Source: an uncultured delta proteobacterium
Lineage (GTDB): Bacteria > Desulfobacterota > Syntrophobacteria > BM002
DNA: 56,690 nt
Direction: 5' to 3'
NCBI GenBank assembly: GCA_963712115.1
Contig: CAVQGX010000025.1
Location: forward strand, 1-56,690
Shown here one piece after another: positions 31,256-40,516 of this stretch (the first letter of the stretch is position 1; each line of letters opens with the position of its first letter). The notes under the pieces were generated by a model. That model was not told the DNA's origin and made no database searches. It saw nothing but the letters and a program-made list of their open reading frames with translations. The position numbers were made by a program, and so were the translations under genes.

Positions 31256-31473
31256 GTTGCACCCTTGCAACCATCTTTGTGAACTTTGTATCAAATCGAT
31301 AGCGAATTGGTTACACCAGGTCGATTGCGGGCAGACCTTTACTGTGGGACCAAGGTGTTCCCTTTGCAGTCTCCACTTCAAAAAAATATGGAAGATATAC
31401 TTTCCTTGGCGAATCATCTCAAAAAGTAGCAATTTTGCAACATTTGGGGAATAAAAAGTAGCAGCTTTGCAAC
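31256..31473. promoter_or_regulatory. Three GTWGCA-N4-TGCAAC palindromes (candidate enhancer sites)
   Basis: 31256-31271, 31426-31441, 31458-31473, each preceded by AAAAA. Confidence 0.7.
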
Positions 31474-31632
31474 GTTTACTGCGAATTTCTTGAGTCATAC
31501 GGGTTAAGACCGTTGAATATCGAATGCCCGCCCGCCTCGCCTGATCGGCTCGCGATGGCGGGCAGGTAGAACAAGGAACCGCAGAATCATGAAGTGTTCA
31601 CTTCAATCCGCCTGAGGCGGGATCGGGTGTGG

Positions 31633-33006
31633 TCATCGGGTGGCAATCCCGTAGCGCTTGATCTTGCGCCAGAGGGTGGACCGGTGGACTCCCAGTTCTT
31701 TGGCTGCACCGGCGCTGCGTCCCCTATGTCGTTCCAGTGCTCGAACGATTAAATCGCGCTCGACATTATCCAGGACGGACATGTCCTCTCCTTCAGGGAG
31801 ACTGGCGGAAGCGGGAGATACTTCATGCTTGCGCGCTAGGTAAGAGGGAAGATGTCTAGATTGAATCTCGATTCCCTTCGTCAGGATCGTTGCGTGCTCG
31901 ATAATGTTTTCCAGCTCACGGACGTTGCCCGGGAAATCATAATCAAAGAGGGTTTTCAGGGCTGAGGAGGAGACCTTCTTAATCTGTTTGGACTGCTTCA
32001 GATTAATGCGCTCAATGAAGTGATCAAGCAGCAGGGGAATGTCTTCGCGCCGCTCTCGCAATGGCGGGATACTGAGCCGGATAACGTTGATGCGAAAGAA
32101 GAGGTCTTCGCGAAACTCCCTTCGATGCATCATCTCCATAAGGTCCCTGTTTGTAGCAGCGATGATTCGTACATCTACCCTCTCTGTTTTGTTGCTGCCG
32201 AGGGGTTCGTACTCTTTCTTCTCGAGAACTCGAAGCAATTTCACCTGGGTTCCCTTGCTCATGTCACCTATTTCATCCAAGAAAATAGTCCCGCCATGGG
32301 CTTGGCGAAAGCGGCCTGGTTTATCCTTTTTTGCGTCGGTGAAAGCCCCTTTCTTGTAACCAAAAAGCTCGGATTCCAGTAGGGTCTCTGGGAGGGCGGC
32401 GCAGTTTACTTTGATGAGGGGCTTATCCTGGCGGCTGCCCAAGTTATGGACCGCCGTGGCAAAGAGTTCCTTTCCTGTACCGCTTTCTCCTTCTATGAGT
32501 ACAGTGGCATCGCTCTGGGCGATGTCAGGTAATATCTGGAAAAGTTTGAGCATCGGTTTTGAGCGCCCCAGAATATCCTGGAATGAGTATTGTCTGTAGA
32601 TCTCTTTATGCAGTTCCTTGATCAGAGAGAGGTCGCGAAAGGTCTCCACCGCTCCCACCACCTTTCCTTCATGATCCTTGACAACTGCTGTGGAGATACT
32701 GATAGGAATCTCTTTGTTATCGCGGTTGAGGATGTTGACTTCCAGATTGATAATGGTCTCCGTGGTTTCAGCGGTATGTTTCAGAGGGCAGGCTTCAAAG
32801 CAGGTGTTGGCTCTGAAGATCTCGTGGCAGTATTGGCCAATGGCTTCATCCTTGGAAAACCCAGTGATTTTTTCTGCGGCTCTGTTGAAGGAGGTAATCC
32901 GCCCCTGGTGATCGACGGTAAAGACTCCGTCAGCGATACTATCTAATATGAGGCTTGTCCAGGAGGAGTCATCCTGTATGCTAGAGTAGTTTTGTTTCGG
33001 GGTCAT
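31633..33006 (-). CDS. OrpR-like PAS sigma54 activator
   Basis: PAS with [31 protein letters not shown]; divergent from the ORP cluster. Confidence 0.9.
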   Translation of the reverse strand: MTPKQNYSSIQDDSSWTSLILDSIADGVFTVDHQGRITSFNRAAEKITGFSKDEAIGQYCHEIFRANTCFEACPLKHTAETTETIINLEVNILNRDNKEIPISISTAVVKDHEGKVVGAVETFRDLSLIKELHKEIYRQYSFQDILGRSKPMLKLFQILPDIAQSDATVLIEGESGTGKELFATAVHNLGSRQDKPLIKVNCAALPETLLESELFGYKKGAFTDAKKDKPGRFRQAHGGTIFLDEIGDMSKGTQVKLLRVLEKKEYEPLGSNKTERVDVRIIAATNRDLMEMMHRREFREDLFFRINVIRLSIPPLRERREDIPLLLDHFIERINLKQSKQIKKVSSSALKTLFDYDFPGNVRELENIIEHATILTKGIEIQSRHLPSYLARKHEVSPASASLPEGEDMSVLDNVERDLIVRALERHRGRSAGAAKELGVHRSTLWRKIKRYGIATR

Positions 33007-33061
33007 TCACATTCCTTTATTTAGCAGCATTTTCGAGCAAATGTTGCGGATCAATAATCTT

Positions 33062-33135
33062 GTTGCAAAAATGCAAAAAAATATAATTTCCTGCCATGAT
33101 AAGCAATTATAAGTCTTAAGTTGCAATATTGCAAC
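33062..33135. promoter_or_regulatory. Two GTTGCA-N4-TGCAA(C) palindromes
   Basis: GTTGCAAAAATGCAAA (33062-33077) and perfect GTTGCAATATTGCAAC (33120-33135). Confidence 0.7.
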
Positions 33136-33223
33136 AACCCTCTTACTTTTCCCTTCCAAGCGATTCAAACAATCTTTGATAATTATTGTGTAAATTAAAT
33201 AGCTTAATCAATAAATGGTTATT

Positions 33224-33238
33224 TGGCACGCATGTTGC
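33224..33238 (+). promoter_or_regulatory. Sigma54 -24/-12 promoter of the ORP cluster
   Basis: TGGCAC-GCATG-TTGC. Confidence 0.88.
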
Positions 33239-33305
33239 CCCTTTGAAAGGCGGCAAGAAGTTATCGGGTTAGAGATTTTATTCCTTTCACCTCCGGGAGT
33301 CGAAG

Positions 33306-33665
33306 ATGAAAGTGGCCATTATGCTTTACGGCACGAGAGTCTCTCCCAGATTCGGCTACAGTCAGGGGGTCATGGTGGTGGAGGTCAGTGGCCACCAGGA
33401 AATCCGTAAGAAGACTCTGGAGACTGATGATTACTACCCTGAACAGATTCCCACCGTTCTCGGCAAGGAGGGGGTGGAGGTAGTGATTAGCGGCGGGATG
33501 AACAGGCATTTTCAAGATCTTTTTCGATCACAGGGTATCCAAGTGATATGGGGCATCATAGGGGAGGCAGATGATGTGCTGGCGGCTTTTATGACCGGCC
33601 GGCTGATTCCAGGAATGGGTTGCTGTCCTAGGCGCAGACGAAAACGCTTTGGCAGCAGAGGTTAG
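33306..33665 (+). CDS. NifB/NifX-family protein
   Basis: KVAI..VSPRFG..GVEVVISGGM. Confidence 0.85.
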   Translation: MKVAIMLYGTRVSPRFGYSQGVMVVEVSGHQEIRKKTLETDDYYPEQIPTVLGKEGVEVVISGGMNRHFQDLFRSQGIQVIWGIIGEADDVLAAFMTGRLIPGMGCCPRRRRKRFGSRG

Positions 33666-33732
33666 ACCCACATAAGGCACAAATCACAAACATTTCGTGG
33701 CCGATGAGGGTTAAAAAAAGGAGGAATGTATC

Positions 33733-34080
33733 ATGCCAGGATTAGACCGAACAGGGCCTGCAGGGATGGGTCCGATGACAGGATGGGGGCGCGGACTTTG
33801 TACCCCATATGGTAGGCGATTAGGCCGCCAAACTTTTGGAGGGGGGTTCGGCTGGGGCGGCCGGGGTAGAGGTTGGCGACATTGGAATTGGGGTTATGGT
33901 TCACCTCGATGGGGAAGGGGCGGGTTTTCACCCTTCCAGGAACCCGATTACGAGAACTTCTACACAAGGGATGAAGAGATGGCCATACTTAAAGAAGATG
34001 CTGCCCGCTTGAAGGAAGAACTAAACGCTGTCGAGGAGCGGCTAAGCGAGTTAGAGAGTAGGCAACGGGACGAAGGTTAG
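33733..34080 (+). CDS. DUF5320-like protein
   Basis: MPGLDRTGPAGMGPMTGWGRGLC, Gly/Arg-rich middle, C-terminal coiled coil. Confidence 0.8.
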   Translation: MPGLDRTGPAGMGPMTGWGRGLCTPYGRRLGRQTFGGGFGWGGRGRGWRHWNWGYGSPRWGRGGFSPFQEPDYENFYTRDEEMAILKEDAARLKEELNAVEERLSELESRQRDEG

Positions 34081-34104
34081 AAAACCGAGTAGAAGGGAAC
34101 AAGA

Positions 34105-35013
34105 ATGGAAAAGGATAAATGCGACGAAAGCAAGAGCTGCGACAGCTGTGAAAAGGAAAGAACCTGTTCCAGTAAAGAGAAAGAAGAACATGAGGAAGAG
34201 AGGCTGGTTCAAAAACTGTCTCACATCCGCAACAAGATCATGGTGATGAGTGGCAAGGGAGGGGTGGGCAAGAGCACTGTAGCGGTGAATTTGGCAGCCT
34301 CCCTTGCCCTCCAGGACTATGCGGTGGGTATTCTGGACGCTGATATCCACGGCCCAGACATTCCCAGAATGTGCGGGGTGGAGAACAGGCCATTGCTGAG
34401 TCATGGAGTTGGCGTCAATCCTGTGAGGGTATTCAAGGGACTCCAGATTGTCTCCATGGCGCTTCTTTCTCAGGATCCTGACAAAGCTATAGTCTGGAGA
34501 GGGCCTCTAAAGCACAAGGCCATCAAACAGTTTCTCGGCGACGTGAACTGGGGTGATTTGGATTTTCTCGTCATTGACCTTCCCCCAGGTACGGGCGATG
34601 AGCCTCTCAGCATAGCCCACCTGATCAAGAATGTGGACGGCTCGATCATAGTGACTACCCCCCAGGATGTGGCCCTGCTGGATTCCAGAAAAGCGGTAAG
34701 TTTTAGCAGGCTCATCAATGTTCCTGTACTGGGGATTATAGAAAACATGAGCGGTATGGCCTGCCCTAAGTGCGGCGAGAGGATCGATCTTTTCAAGGTG
34801 GGTGGAGGTGAAAGAGCAGCTCGAGAGATGGGAGTTCCCTTTTTGGGCCGCATCCCCATTGACCCTAAGATGGTGATCTGTTGCGATGCAGGGACACCCT
34901 TCGTGATTGATCCAGGCCCATCAGAGGTAAGCAAGGCTTTTGAGAACTTAACTCAAGTTGTGGTCAGGGCAACGGAGAAAGCAGAAGATAAGATAACTTC
35001 TGCAGCTCAGTGA
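34105..35013 (+). CDS. mrp: Mrp/NBP35 Fe-S carrier ATPase
   Basis: [37 protein letters not shown]. Confidence 0.95.
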   Translation: MEKDKCDESKSCDSCEKERTCSSKEKEEHEEERLVQKLSHIRNKIMVMSGKGGVGKSTVAVNLAASLALQDYAVGILDADIHGPDIPRMCGVENRPLLSHGVGVNPVRVFKGLQIVSMALLSQDPDKAIVWRGPLKHKAIKQFLGDVNWGDLDFLVIDLPPGTGDEPLSIAHLIKNVDGSIIVTTPQDVALLDSRKAVSFSRLINVPVLGIIENMSGMACPKCGERIDLFKVGGGERAAREMGVPFLGRIPIDPKMVICCDAGTPFVIDPGPSEVSKAFENLTQVVVRATEKAEDKITSAAQ

Positions 35014-35032
35014 AATTATGGAGACATGACCT

Positions 35033-35395
35033 ATGATTATCGCGGTGACAGCCCAAGGGAGAGATCCAAAAGGAGAGATAGACCCTAGGTTCGGCAGGGC
35101 CAAACACTTCCTGCTTGTGGATTCTGATACCATGCGGTTTGAGGTGGTAGAGAATGAGCAAAACCTTAGTCTTCCGCAGGGGGCTGGTATTCAGGCAGCT
35201 CAAATAGTGACAAATCACCGAGCAGATGTGGTCCTTACTGGAAACTGTGGCCCCAAGGCCTTCAAGACTTTAGAAGCTGCCGGGATTAAAGTCGTGGTTG
35301 GCGTGAGCGGAAGGATAGAGGATGCCATCCAGGCTTATCTTCAGGGAGATCTGCGACCTGCTGCGGCGGCCAATGTGGAGGGACACTGGGGGTGA
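35033..35395 (+). CDS. NifB/NifX-family (Orange-protein-like)
   Basis: DPRFGRA, GAGIQAAQ, TGNCGPKAF, ANVEGHW. Confidence 0.9.
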   Translation: MIIAVTAQGRDPKGEIDPRFGRAKHFLLVDSDTMRFEVVENEQNLSLPQGAGIQAAQIVTNHRADVVLTGNCGPKAFKTLEAAGIKVVVGVSGRIEDAIQAYLQGDLRPAAAANVEGHWG

Positions 35396-35491
35396 AGGGA
35401 AGGACGGCGGAGACGCGGCGAGGTGAATCAGTCTTGTTGAGGCGTGTCTTGTTGGAACTCATGAAAACCTTGGGAAAGAAGGAGGAGAGAT

Positions 35492-35824
35492 ATGAAATTT
35501 GCTATTCCATTGGCAGAGGGTGTGCTTTGTGCTCACTTCGGCCATTGTCAGCAGTTTGCCATTATTGAGACGGAGGATGGTCGAATCAAGGACAAGGAAC
35601 TGCATACTCCGCCACCCCACGAACCTGGAGTCCTGCCTAACTGGTTGGCCGCGTTGGGAGTAAGCGTGGTGATAGCCGGAGGTATGGGGCGGAGAGCGCT
35701 TGGCCTCTTCAGTGAGAAGGGTATTCAGGTGACTGTTGGGGCTCCCAGTTCTCCGCCAGAGGCACTTGTGGAGCAATATCTGAAGGGAATCTTGATTACG
35801 GGTCAGAATATCTGCGACCACTAG
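35492..35824 (+). CDS. NifB/NifX-family protein
   Basis: HFGHC, PPHEPG, IAGGMG, NICDH. Confidence 0.9.
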   Translation: MKFAIPLAEGVLCAHFGHCQQFAIIETEDGRIKDKELHTPPPHEPGVLPNWLAALGVSVVIAGGMGRRALGLFSEKGIQVTVGAPSSPPEALVEQYLKGILITGQNICDH

Positions 35825-36046
35825 TGAGGGTCCACCCGGAAATCAGTGATTCCCGGATGGAGCAGTCAGCACTCAGCTGTCAACGGTCAGCTTAACCTTA
35901 TGTTTTTAAATGTATTTTGCTGAGAGCTGAAAGCTGCAAGCTGATAAACTAATTAACCCTGCAGGAAACTGGCAGGCGCCTTATGGCGGGTCCTGATACC
36001 CGCCCTGAGGTTAAATTTCCACCCGTTTAACAAGGAAGGAAGCGTT

Positions 36047-36640
36047 ATGAGAATCGCAATTTCATCCACAGGACCGGATCTGGATGCCCAAATCGATCCG
36101 AGGTTTGGTCGCTGTCAATGCTTTGTAGTGGTTGATCCCGCAACCGAAGAGTTGGAAGTGCTCGACAACGAGGCCGCTATGATGAGCGGTGGTGCGGGGA
36201 TACAGGCTGCTCAAATGGTAGCCAACTCGGGAGTGGATGCGGTGATAACCGGGAATCTGGGTCCCAATGCCGCTGATACCCTGGCGGCCACCGGCCTGAA
36301 GGTCTATCTCGGCGTGGCAGGAACCGTGCGCGAAGCACTGCAGCAATATATGGAAGAACAATTACAGGAGGCCACTGGCCCCTCGGTGGATGCCAATTTC
36401 GGCACAGCCACCCCAGGCGGTGGAACCGGTATGGGTGCGGGTCGGGGTATGGGCCGAGGAATGGGTCGAGGCATGGGCAGAGGTATGGGCATGGGTCGCG
36501 GAATGGGCCGAGGCTATTCATCTGGCCCAAAGGTCACCCCTGCCAATGACCTGGAGGAATTGAAAAACCAGAAAGACCAGCTCCAAGAGCAGATGAAACG
36601 GATTGAGGAGAGGATAAGCAAGCTGGAAAAGAAGAAATAG
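36047..36640 (+). CDS. NifB/NifX-family protein with GMGR repeats and coiled-coil tail
   Basis: DPRFGRC, GAGIQAAQ, (GMGR)n, C-terminal heptads. Confidence 0.88.
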   Translation: MRIAISSTGPDLDAQIDPRFGRCQCFVVVDPATEELEVLDNEAAMMSGGAGIQAAQMVANSGVDAVITGNLGPNAADTLAATGLKVYLGVAGTVREALQQYMEEQLQEATGPSVDANFGTATPGGGTGMGAGRGMGRGMGRGMGRGMGMGRGMGRGYSSGPKVTPANDLEELKNQKDQLQEQMKRIEERISKLEKKK

Positions 36641-36652
36641 GAGGTGATCAAC

Positions 36653-36919
36653 ATGCCAAGATTTGACGGAACCGGACCGGGAGGTATGGGGCCCATGATG
36701 GGCAGGGGACGTGGTTTTTGCGCCATGCCCATGCGAGGTCCTAGCTACAACCGTCCATCCTTTCTCCCCTGGCGACGGGGAGCCGGTTATGGCGATCCCC
36801 GCTATGATTCTCCCAGCCCTGGCTTCACGGGGTGGAGAGGATTTCGCCGGGGTGGCGGCCGCGGCCGCTACTGGGGTGGAGGATTCGGCTTTGGAAGAAC
36901 CTTTGGCCGAAGGTGGTGA
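36653..36919 (+). CDS. DUF5320-like Gly/Arg-rich protein
   Basis: MPRFDGTGPGGMGPMMGRGRGFC; GGAGGTG RBS. Confidence 0.75.
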   Translation: MPRFDGTGPGGMGPMMGRGRGFCAMPMRGPSYNRPSFLPWRRGAGYGDPRYDSPSPGFTGWRGFRRGGGRGRYWGGGFGFGRTFGRRW

Positions 36920-36949
36920 TAGACCAGCAGATAGGAGAGGGACACTAGG

Positions 36950-37798
36950 ATGATCATTGCGGTAGCGAGCGGCAAGGGCGGAACCGGCAAAACCACCATA
37001 GCCACAAATCTGGCCAAGTCCATCGGCGATGGAGTTCAGCTCATCGACTGCGACGTGGAAGAGCCGAACTGTCATCTTTTTCTCAATCCCCGAATAGAAA
37101 GGACCGAGGAAGTTCACCTACCCAATCCCAGAGTGGACCTGAGCAAGTGCACCTTCTGCGGTGAATGCGCCAAAATTTGCCGCTTCAGCGCTATTGTGGT
37201 GATCAAGAGTAATGTTCTCACCTTTCCTGAATTGTGCCATGGCTGTGGTGGTTGCGTTCTGGTGTGCCCTGAAGATGCCATTTCGGAAATCCCTAGACCC
37301 ATTGGCATATTGGATCAGGGCAGGTCAGACTCTTTGAGCTTCATTCATGGTCGGCTTAAGGTGGGTGAGGCCATGTCACCTCCGCTCATAAAGGCAGCAA
37401 GGTCGCTGGCTAGAGAAAATGGAGTGGTTATCATCGATTCCCCACCAGGCACCTCATGTCCGGTAATAGCAGCAGTTAAAGGAAGCGACTTTTGCATACT
37501 AGTCACAGAACCCACCCCCTTCGGTCTTAACGATCTTGAACTTGCGGTGGAGGTGGTCGAACAACTCAAAATCCCTATCGGGGTGGTGATAAACCGCTCT
37601 GACATTGGCGACCTGGCGGTCAAAGAGTTTTGCGAGAGGCGGGACATCCCTATCTTGATGGAGATTCCCGAGGATCGGAAAATCGCCGAGGCCTACTCAC
37701 GCGGGGTAATGATCATCGACGTTATTCCTGAGTATAGGGAGAGATTTCAACAGCTTTTTGCAACGATTGAACGCATATCAACCGGCATAACCGGCTAA
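36950..37798 (+). CDS. MinD-like P-loop ATPase with inserted ferredoxin (ORP complex), 1
   Basis: SGKGGTGKT, DCDVEEPN, two CxxCxxCxxxC, DSPPGTSCP. Confidence 0.92.
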   Translation: MIIAVASGKGGTGKTTIATNLAKSIGDGVQLIDCDVEEPNCHLFLNPRIERTEEVHLPNPRVDLSKCTFCGECAKICRFSAIVVIKSNVLTFPELCHGCGGCVLVCPEDAISEIPRPIGILDQGRSDSLSFIHGRLKVGEAMSPPLIKAARSLARENGVVIIDSPPGTSCPVIAAVKGSDFCILVTEPTPFGLNDLELAVEVVEQLKIPIGVVINRSDIGDLAVKEFCERRDIPILMEIPEDRKIAEAYSRGVMIIDVIPEYRERFQQLFATIERISTGITG

Positions 37799-37837
37799 AC
37801 TGGCTAAACCGGCCAAGCGAGTGAGAAAGGTAATGTT

Positions 37838-38707
37838 GTGAAGGAAGTTGTCATTGTCAGTGGTAAGGGGGGGACCGGTAAGACCTCCATTGCGGGTTGC
37901 TTTGCAGCCCTGGCCAGGAACAAAGTGTTGGCAGATGCGGATGTGGATGCAGCGGATCTTTTTATCCTGCTGGAACCGAGCATTCAGTCACGAGAGTCCT
38001 TTCGCGGCGGGCACACCGCCTTCATTGATATGGACGCATGCGTGGAGTGCGGCGAATGTCTGGAGCTTTGCCGCTACGATGCCATCAGTCAGGACTATGT
38101 GGTGGACAAGGTGGATTGCGAAGGGTGTGGGGTGTGCGCCCACTTCTGCCCGGCTGAGGCCATCGAGATGCAGGAGAACATCTGCGGCGAGTGGTTTGTG
38201 TCGGACACCCGCTATGGTCCCTTTGTCCACGCGAAATTGGGTATTGCCGAAGAAAACTCCGGCATGCTGGTTACCATAGTCCGCCACAACGCCAAACTGA
38301 TAGCCGAGGAAAAGGGGCTGGGTCTCATTATCGTGGATGGCCCTCCCGGCATTGGGTGCCCGGTGATCTCGGCGATTACCGGTGCCAACCTGGTGTTCAT
38401 CGTCACAGAACCAACCCTTGCCGGGCTACATGATATGCAGAGGGTGGCGGCTTTGGCCAAACACTTCAATATTCCTGCCGCGGCCTGCATCAACAAGTAC
38501 GATCTGAATCCTGAGATGAGTGACAGGATTCGCGGCTACTGTGAGGAAACAGGAGTTAATTTAGTTGGGATGATTCCCTACGATAATGTGGTTTCTAAGG
38601 CCCTGGTTGAGAAAAAAATTATGGTTGAGTATGGCAATGGCGTCGTCTCTGATGAAATCAAAAAGATTTGGATCGCTCTTGCAGATATTCTAGGAGTCAG
38701 CAACTAG
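37838..38707 (+). CDS. MinD-like P-loop ATPase with inserted ferredoxin (ORP complex), 2
   Basis: SGKGGTGKT, DADVDAAD, two ferredoxin motifs, DGPPGIGCP. Confidence 0.92.
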   Translation: MKEVVIVSGKGGTGKTSIAGCFAALARNKVLADADVDAADLFILLEPSIQSRESFRGGHTAFIDMDACVECGECLELCRYDAISQDYVVDKVDCEGCGVCAHFCPAEAIEMQENICGEWFVSDTRYGPFVHAKLGIAEENSGMLVTIVRHNAKLIAEEKGLGLIIVDGPPGIGCPVISAITGANLVFIVTEPTLAGLHDMQRVAALAKHFNIPAAACINKYDLNPEMSDRIRGYCEETGVNLVGMIPYDNVVSKALVEKKIMVEYGNGVVSDEIKKIWIALADILGVSN

Positions 38708-38736
38708 TGTTCATCCGAGAACCCTTGCAATTCCAT

Positions 38737-38827
38737 GTCATTCTGAGGAGTTCCGAGCGCGTCGGGACGACGAAGAATCCCGAGATCCTTCGCGGAGTTC
38801 ATTTTGAGTTTGCCGAAGGAATGACAT
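38737..38827. repeat. GTCATT...AATGAC REP-like palindrome
   Basis: Nested within TAGTGTTCATCCG...CGGATGGACACTA inverted ends. Confidence 0.55.
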
Positions 38828-38869
38828 TGAATCATTTCCGGATGGACACTAACTAGGAGAGTTGGTCTC

Positions 38870-39157
38870 GTGGATTTGTTAGAGAAGATTAAAGAAAGTC
38901 TGACCCAGGTAATAGATACCGAGACTGGTATGGATGTGATGCGGATGAGACTCGTTCGGGATTTAAAGGTGGATCGGCGCGGAGATGTTGAACTTACCTT
39001 TCGCCCCTCCTCGGTCTTATGTCCGCTGGGTTTTCAACTGGGAATAAATATCAAAGAAGCAGTCCTGGATGTGCCGGGAGTCAAAAGTGTACAGGTTCAC
39101 GTGGATGGTTTTATCCACGGCGAGCAACTGAAGAAGATCCTGGAAGAGATGGACTGA
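38870..39157 (+). CDS. DUF59/SufT-like Fe-S assembly protein
   Basis: LTQVIDTETGMDV..LV, SVLCPL. Confidence 0.8.
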   Translation: MDLLEKIKESLTQVIDTETGMDVMRMRLVRDLKVDRRGDVELTFRPSSVLCPLGFQLGINIKEAVLDVPGVKSVQVHVDGFIHGEQLKKILEEMD

Positions 39158-39179
39158 AAGAAGATTAAAGGGATTTACC

Positions 39180-39425
39180 ATGCCGATTTATGAATACCAG
39201 TGCCAGGAATGTGGGGCTGTCTCAGAGAAACTGCTTGTGGGTGGAGAGAGCGTAACGGATATCTGCTGTAGTCACTGTGGCAGCCAGAGAGTGAGCAGAA
39301 TTCTGTCAGTTGCCTCTCTTTTGACCAAAAAAGTGACTAGCAGCGCAGGCCATACCTGTTGTGGCCAAGAGGAGCGATGCGATACTCCACCCTGTTCGTC
39401 TGGAGGAAGCTGCCGCCGGGGTTAA
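39180..39425 (+). CDS. FmdB-family zinc-ribbon protein
   Basis: MPIYEYQCQECG..CSHCGS, Cys-rich tail. Confidence 0.85.
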   Translation: MPIYEYQCQECGAVSEKLLVGGESVTDICCSHCGSQRVSRILSVASLLTKKVTSSAGHTCCGQEERCDTPPCSSGGSCRRG

Positions 39426-39450
39426 AGATCGGCGATAAGATAGGAGGAAA

Positions 39451-39666
39451 ATGATGCAAGGACGTGGTGAAAGCGGATCCAAACGAGGTGGCGCCGGCCG
39501 CGGTGGCGGCAGGGGCGAGGGACGTGGCCGAATGGGTGGTACTGGTCGGGGGCCTAATGGCGAATGCGTCTGTCCCAGTTGTGGCAAAAAGGCACCACAT
39601 AAACGCGGTGTTCCATGTAATGAGGTGCGCTGCCCCAAGTGTGGTACCGCCATGACCCGTGAGTAG
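39451..39666 (+). CDS. Small Gly/Arg-rich protein with C-terminal Cys cluster
   Basis: GPNGECVCPSCG..HKRGVPC..CPKCG; AGGAGG RBS. Confidence 0.8.
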   Translation: MMQGRGESGSKRGGAGRGGGRGEGRGRMGGTGRGPNGECVCPSCGKKAPHKRGVPCNEVRCPKCGTAMTRE

Positions 39667-39745
39667 TGATGCAGTCACGGCCGTTTCAGTTCTTCAGACC
39701 AGGGCAAAATGAAATGCCCCGCAGCAAGCTGCGGGATAGCAAAAC

Positions 39746-39809
39746 GTCATTCCGGAATCCGCCGGAGGCGGATATCCGGAATCTGGATTCCCGCTTTCGC
39801 GGGAATGAC
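39746..39809. repeat. GTCATTCC...GGAATGAC REP-like palindrome
   Basis: Contains CTGGATTCCCGCTTTCGCGGGAATGAC. Confidence 0.6.
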
Positions 39810-40012
39810 ATTAACGAAACATCTTCGGCAAAATAGACCCACAGCCACTAAACCGCGAAAATCGCGAAGGGCATCAAGGGTTAGGATGTGAAATATGCGA
39901 TTTGAGATGAGATTGGGTGGCAAATACCAAGCTTTTGCGATCCCACATCTCACATCCCACATCCTAGACCCTTCGTGTCCTGATACCTCACATAGAGGAG
40001 ACACGACTGAAT

Positions 40013-40459
40013 ATGAAAAATCCCATGGATGATTTTGTCGACAAGCTACAGGAGCAGATTTTTGAAGAGTCGAAAGAGGTCTACGGTGAGGAAGTCTTTA
40101 GCAGGTGGCAAAACCCAAAGTTTATGGGGAGAATGACCAATGCCTCCTGTGTCGGCCGACTAACCGGCAACTGTGGGGATAGGATGGAGATATATCTCCG
40201 AATAAAAGATGATCACATTGAAGAGGCGAGATTCTTTACAGACGGCTGCGGTTCGAGTGTGGCCTGTGGTTCAGTAGTAGCGGAGTTGGCTACGGGCAAG
40301 GATCTCGAGGAAGCCGCCCAGATTGGCGGTGACACTGTTCTCATGACCTTAGGAGGATTGCCTGAGGAAGAAAAGCACTGTGCCTTTCTTGCTGCCGAAA
40401 CGCTCATGGCTGCCATTCACCAATGGATGGTGGCGAGGATAGACACCGATAAGCGTTGA
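40013..40459 (+). CDS. NifU/IscU-like Fe-S scaffold
   Basis: GNCGD, DGCGSS, HCAFLA. Confidence 0.9.
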   Translation: MKNPMDDFVDKLQEQIFEESKEVYGEEVFSRWQNPKFMGRMTNASCVGRLTGNCGDRMEIYLRIKDDHIEEARFFTDGCGSSVACGSVVAELATGKDLEEAAQIGGDTVLMTLGGLPEEEKHCAFLAAETLMAAIHQWMVARIDTDKR

Positions 40460-40465
40460 GGTTAA

Positions 40466-40516
40466 ATAACCCCTGTCCATGTACGCTCCACAGCCAACCA
40501 CAATGAGCTTCTTCAT
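40466..40516 (-). pseudogene. 5' stub of a gene, probably a CGGC-domain protein
   Basis: AAGGAG RBS + MKKLIVVGCGAYMDRGY; shorter stub MKKLIVFGCEGEK* in the second repeat copy. Family from recall. Confidence 0.5.

Noticed and set aside
31256-31473. CRISPR-like repeats
   Set aside because: Only 16-bp palindromes with irregular spacing and no cas genes; better explained as activator sites.
37781-37815. Short 9-bp tandem repeat at the ATPase stop
   Set aside because: Only about four degenerate units; no function supportable.
33306-40459. Nitrogen fixation cluster
   Set aside because: NifX- and NifU-like folds only; no nifHDK; organisation matches the ORP system.
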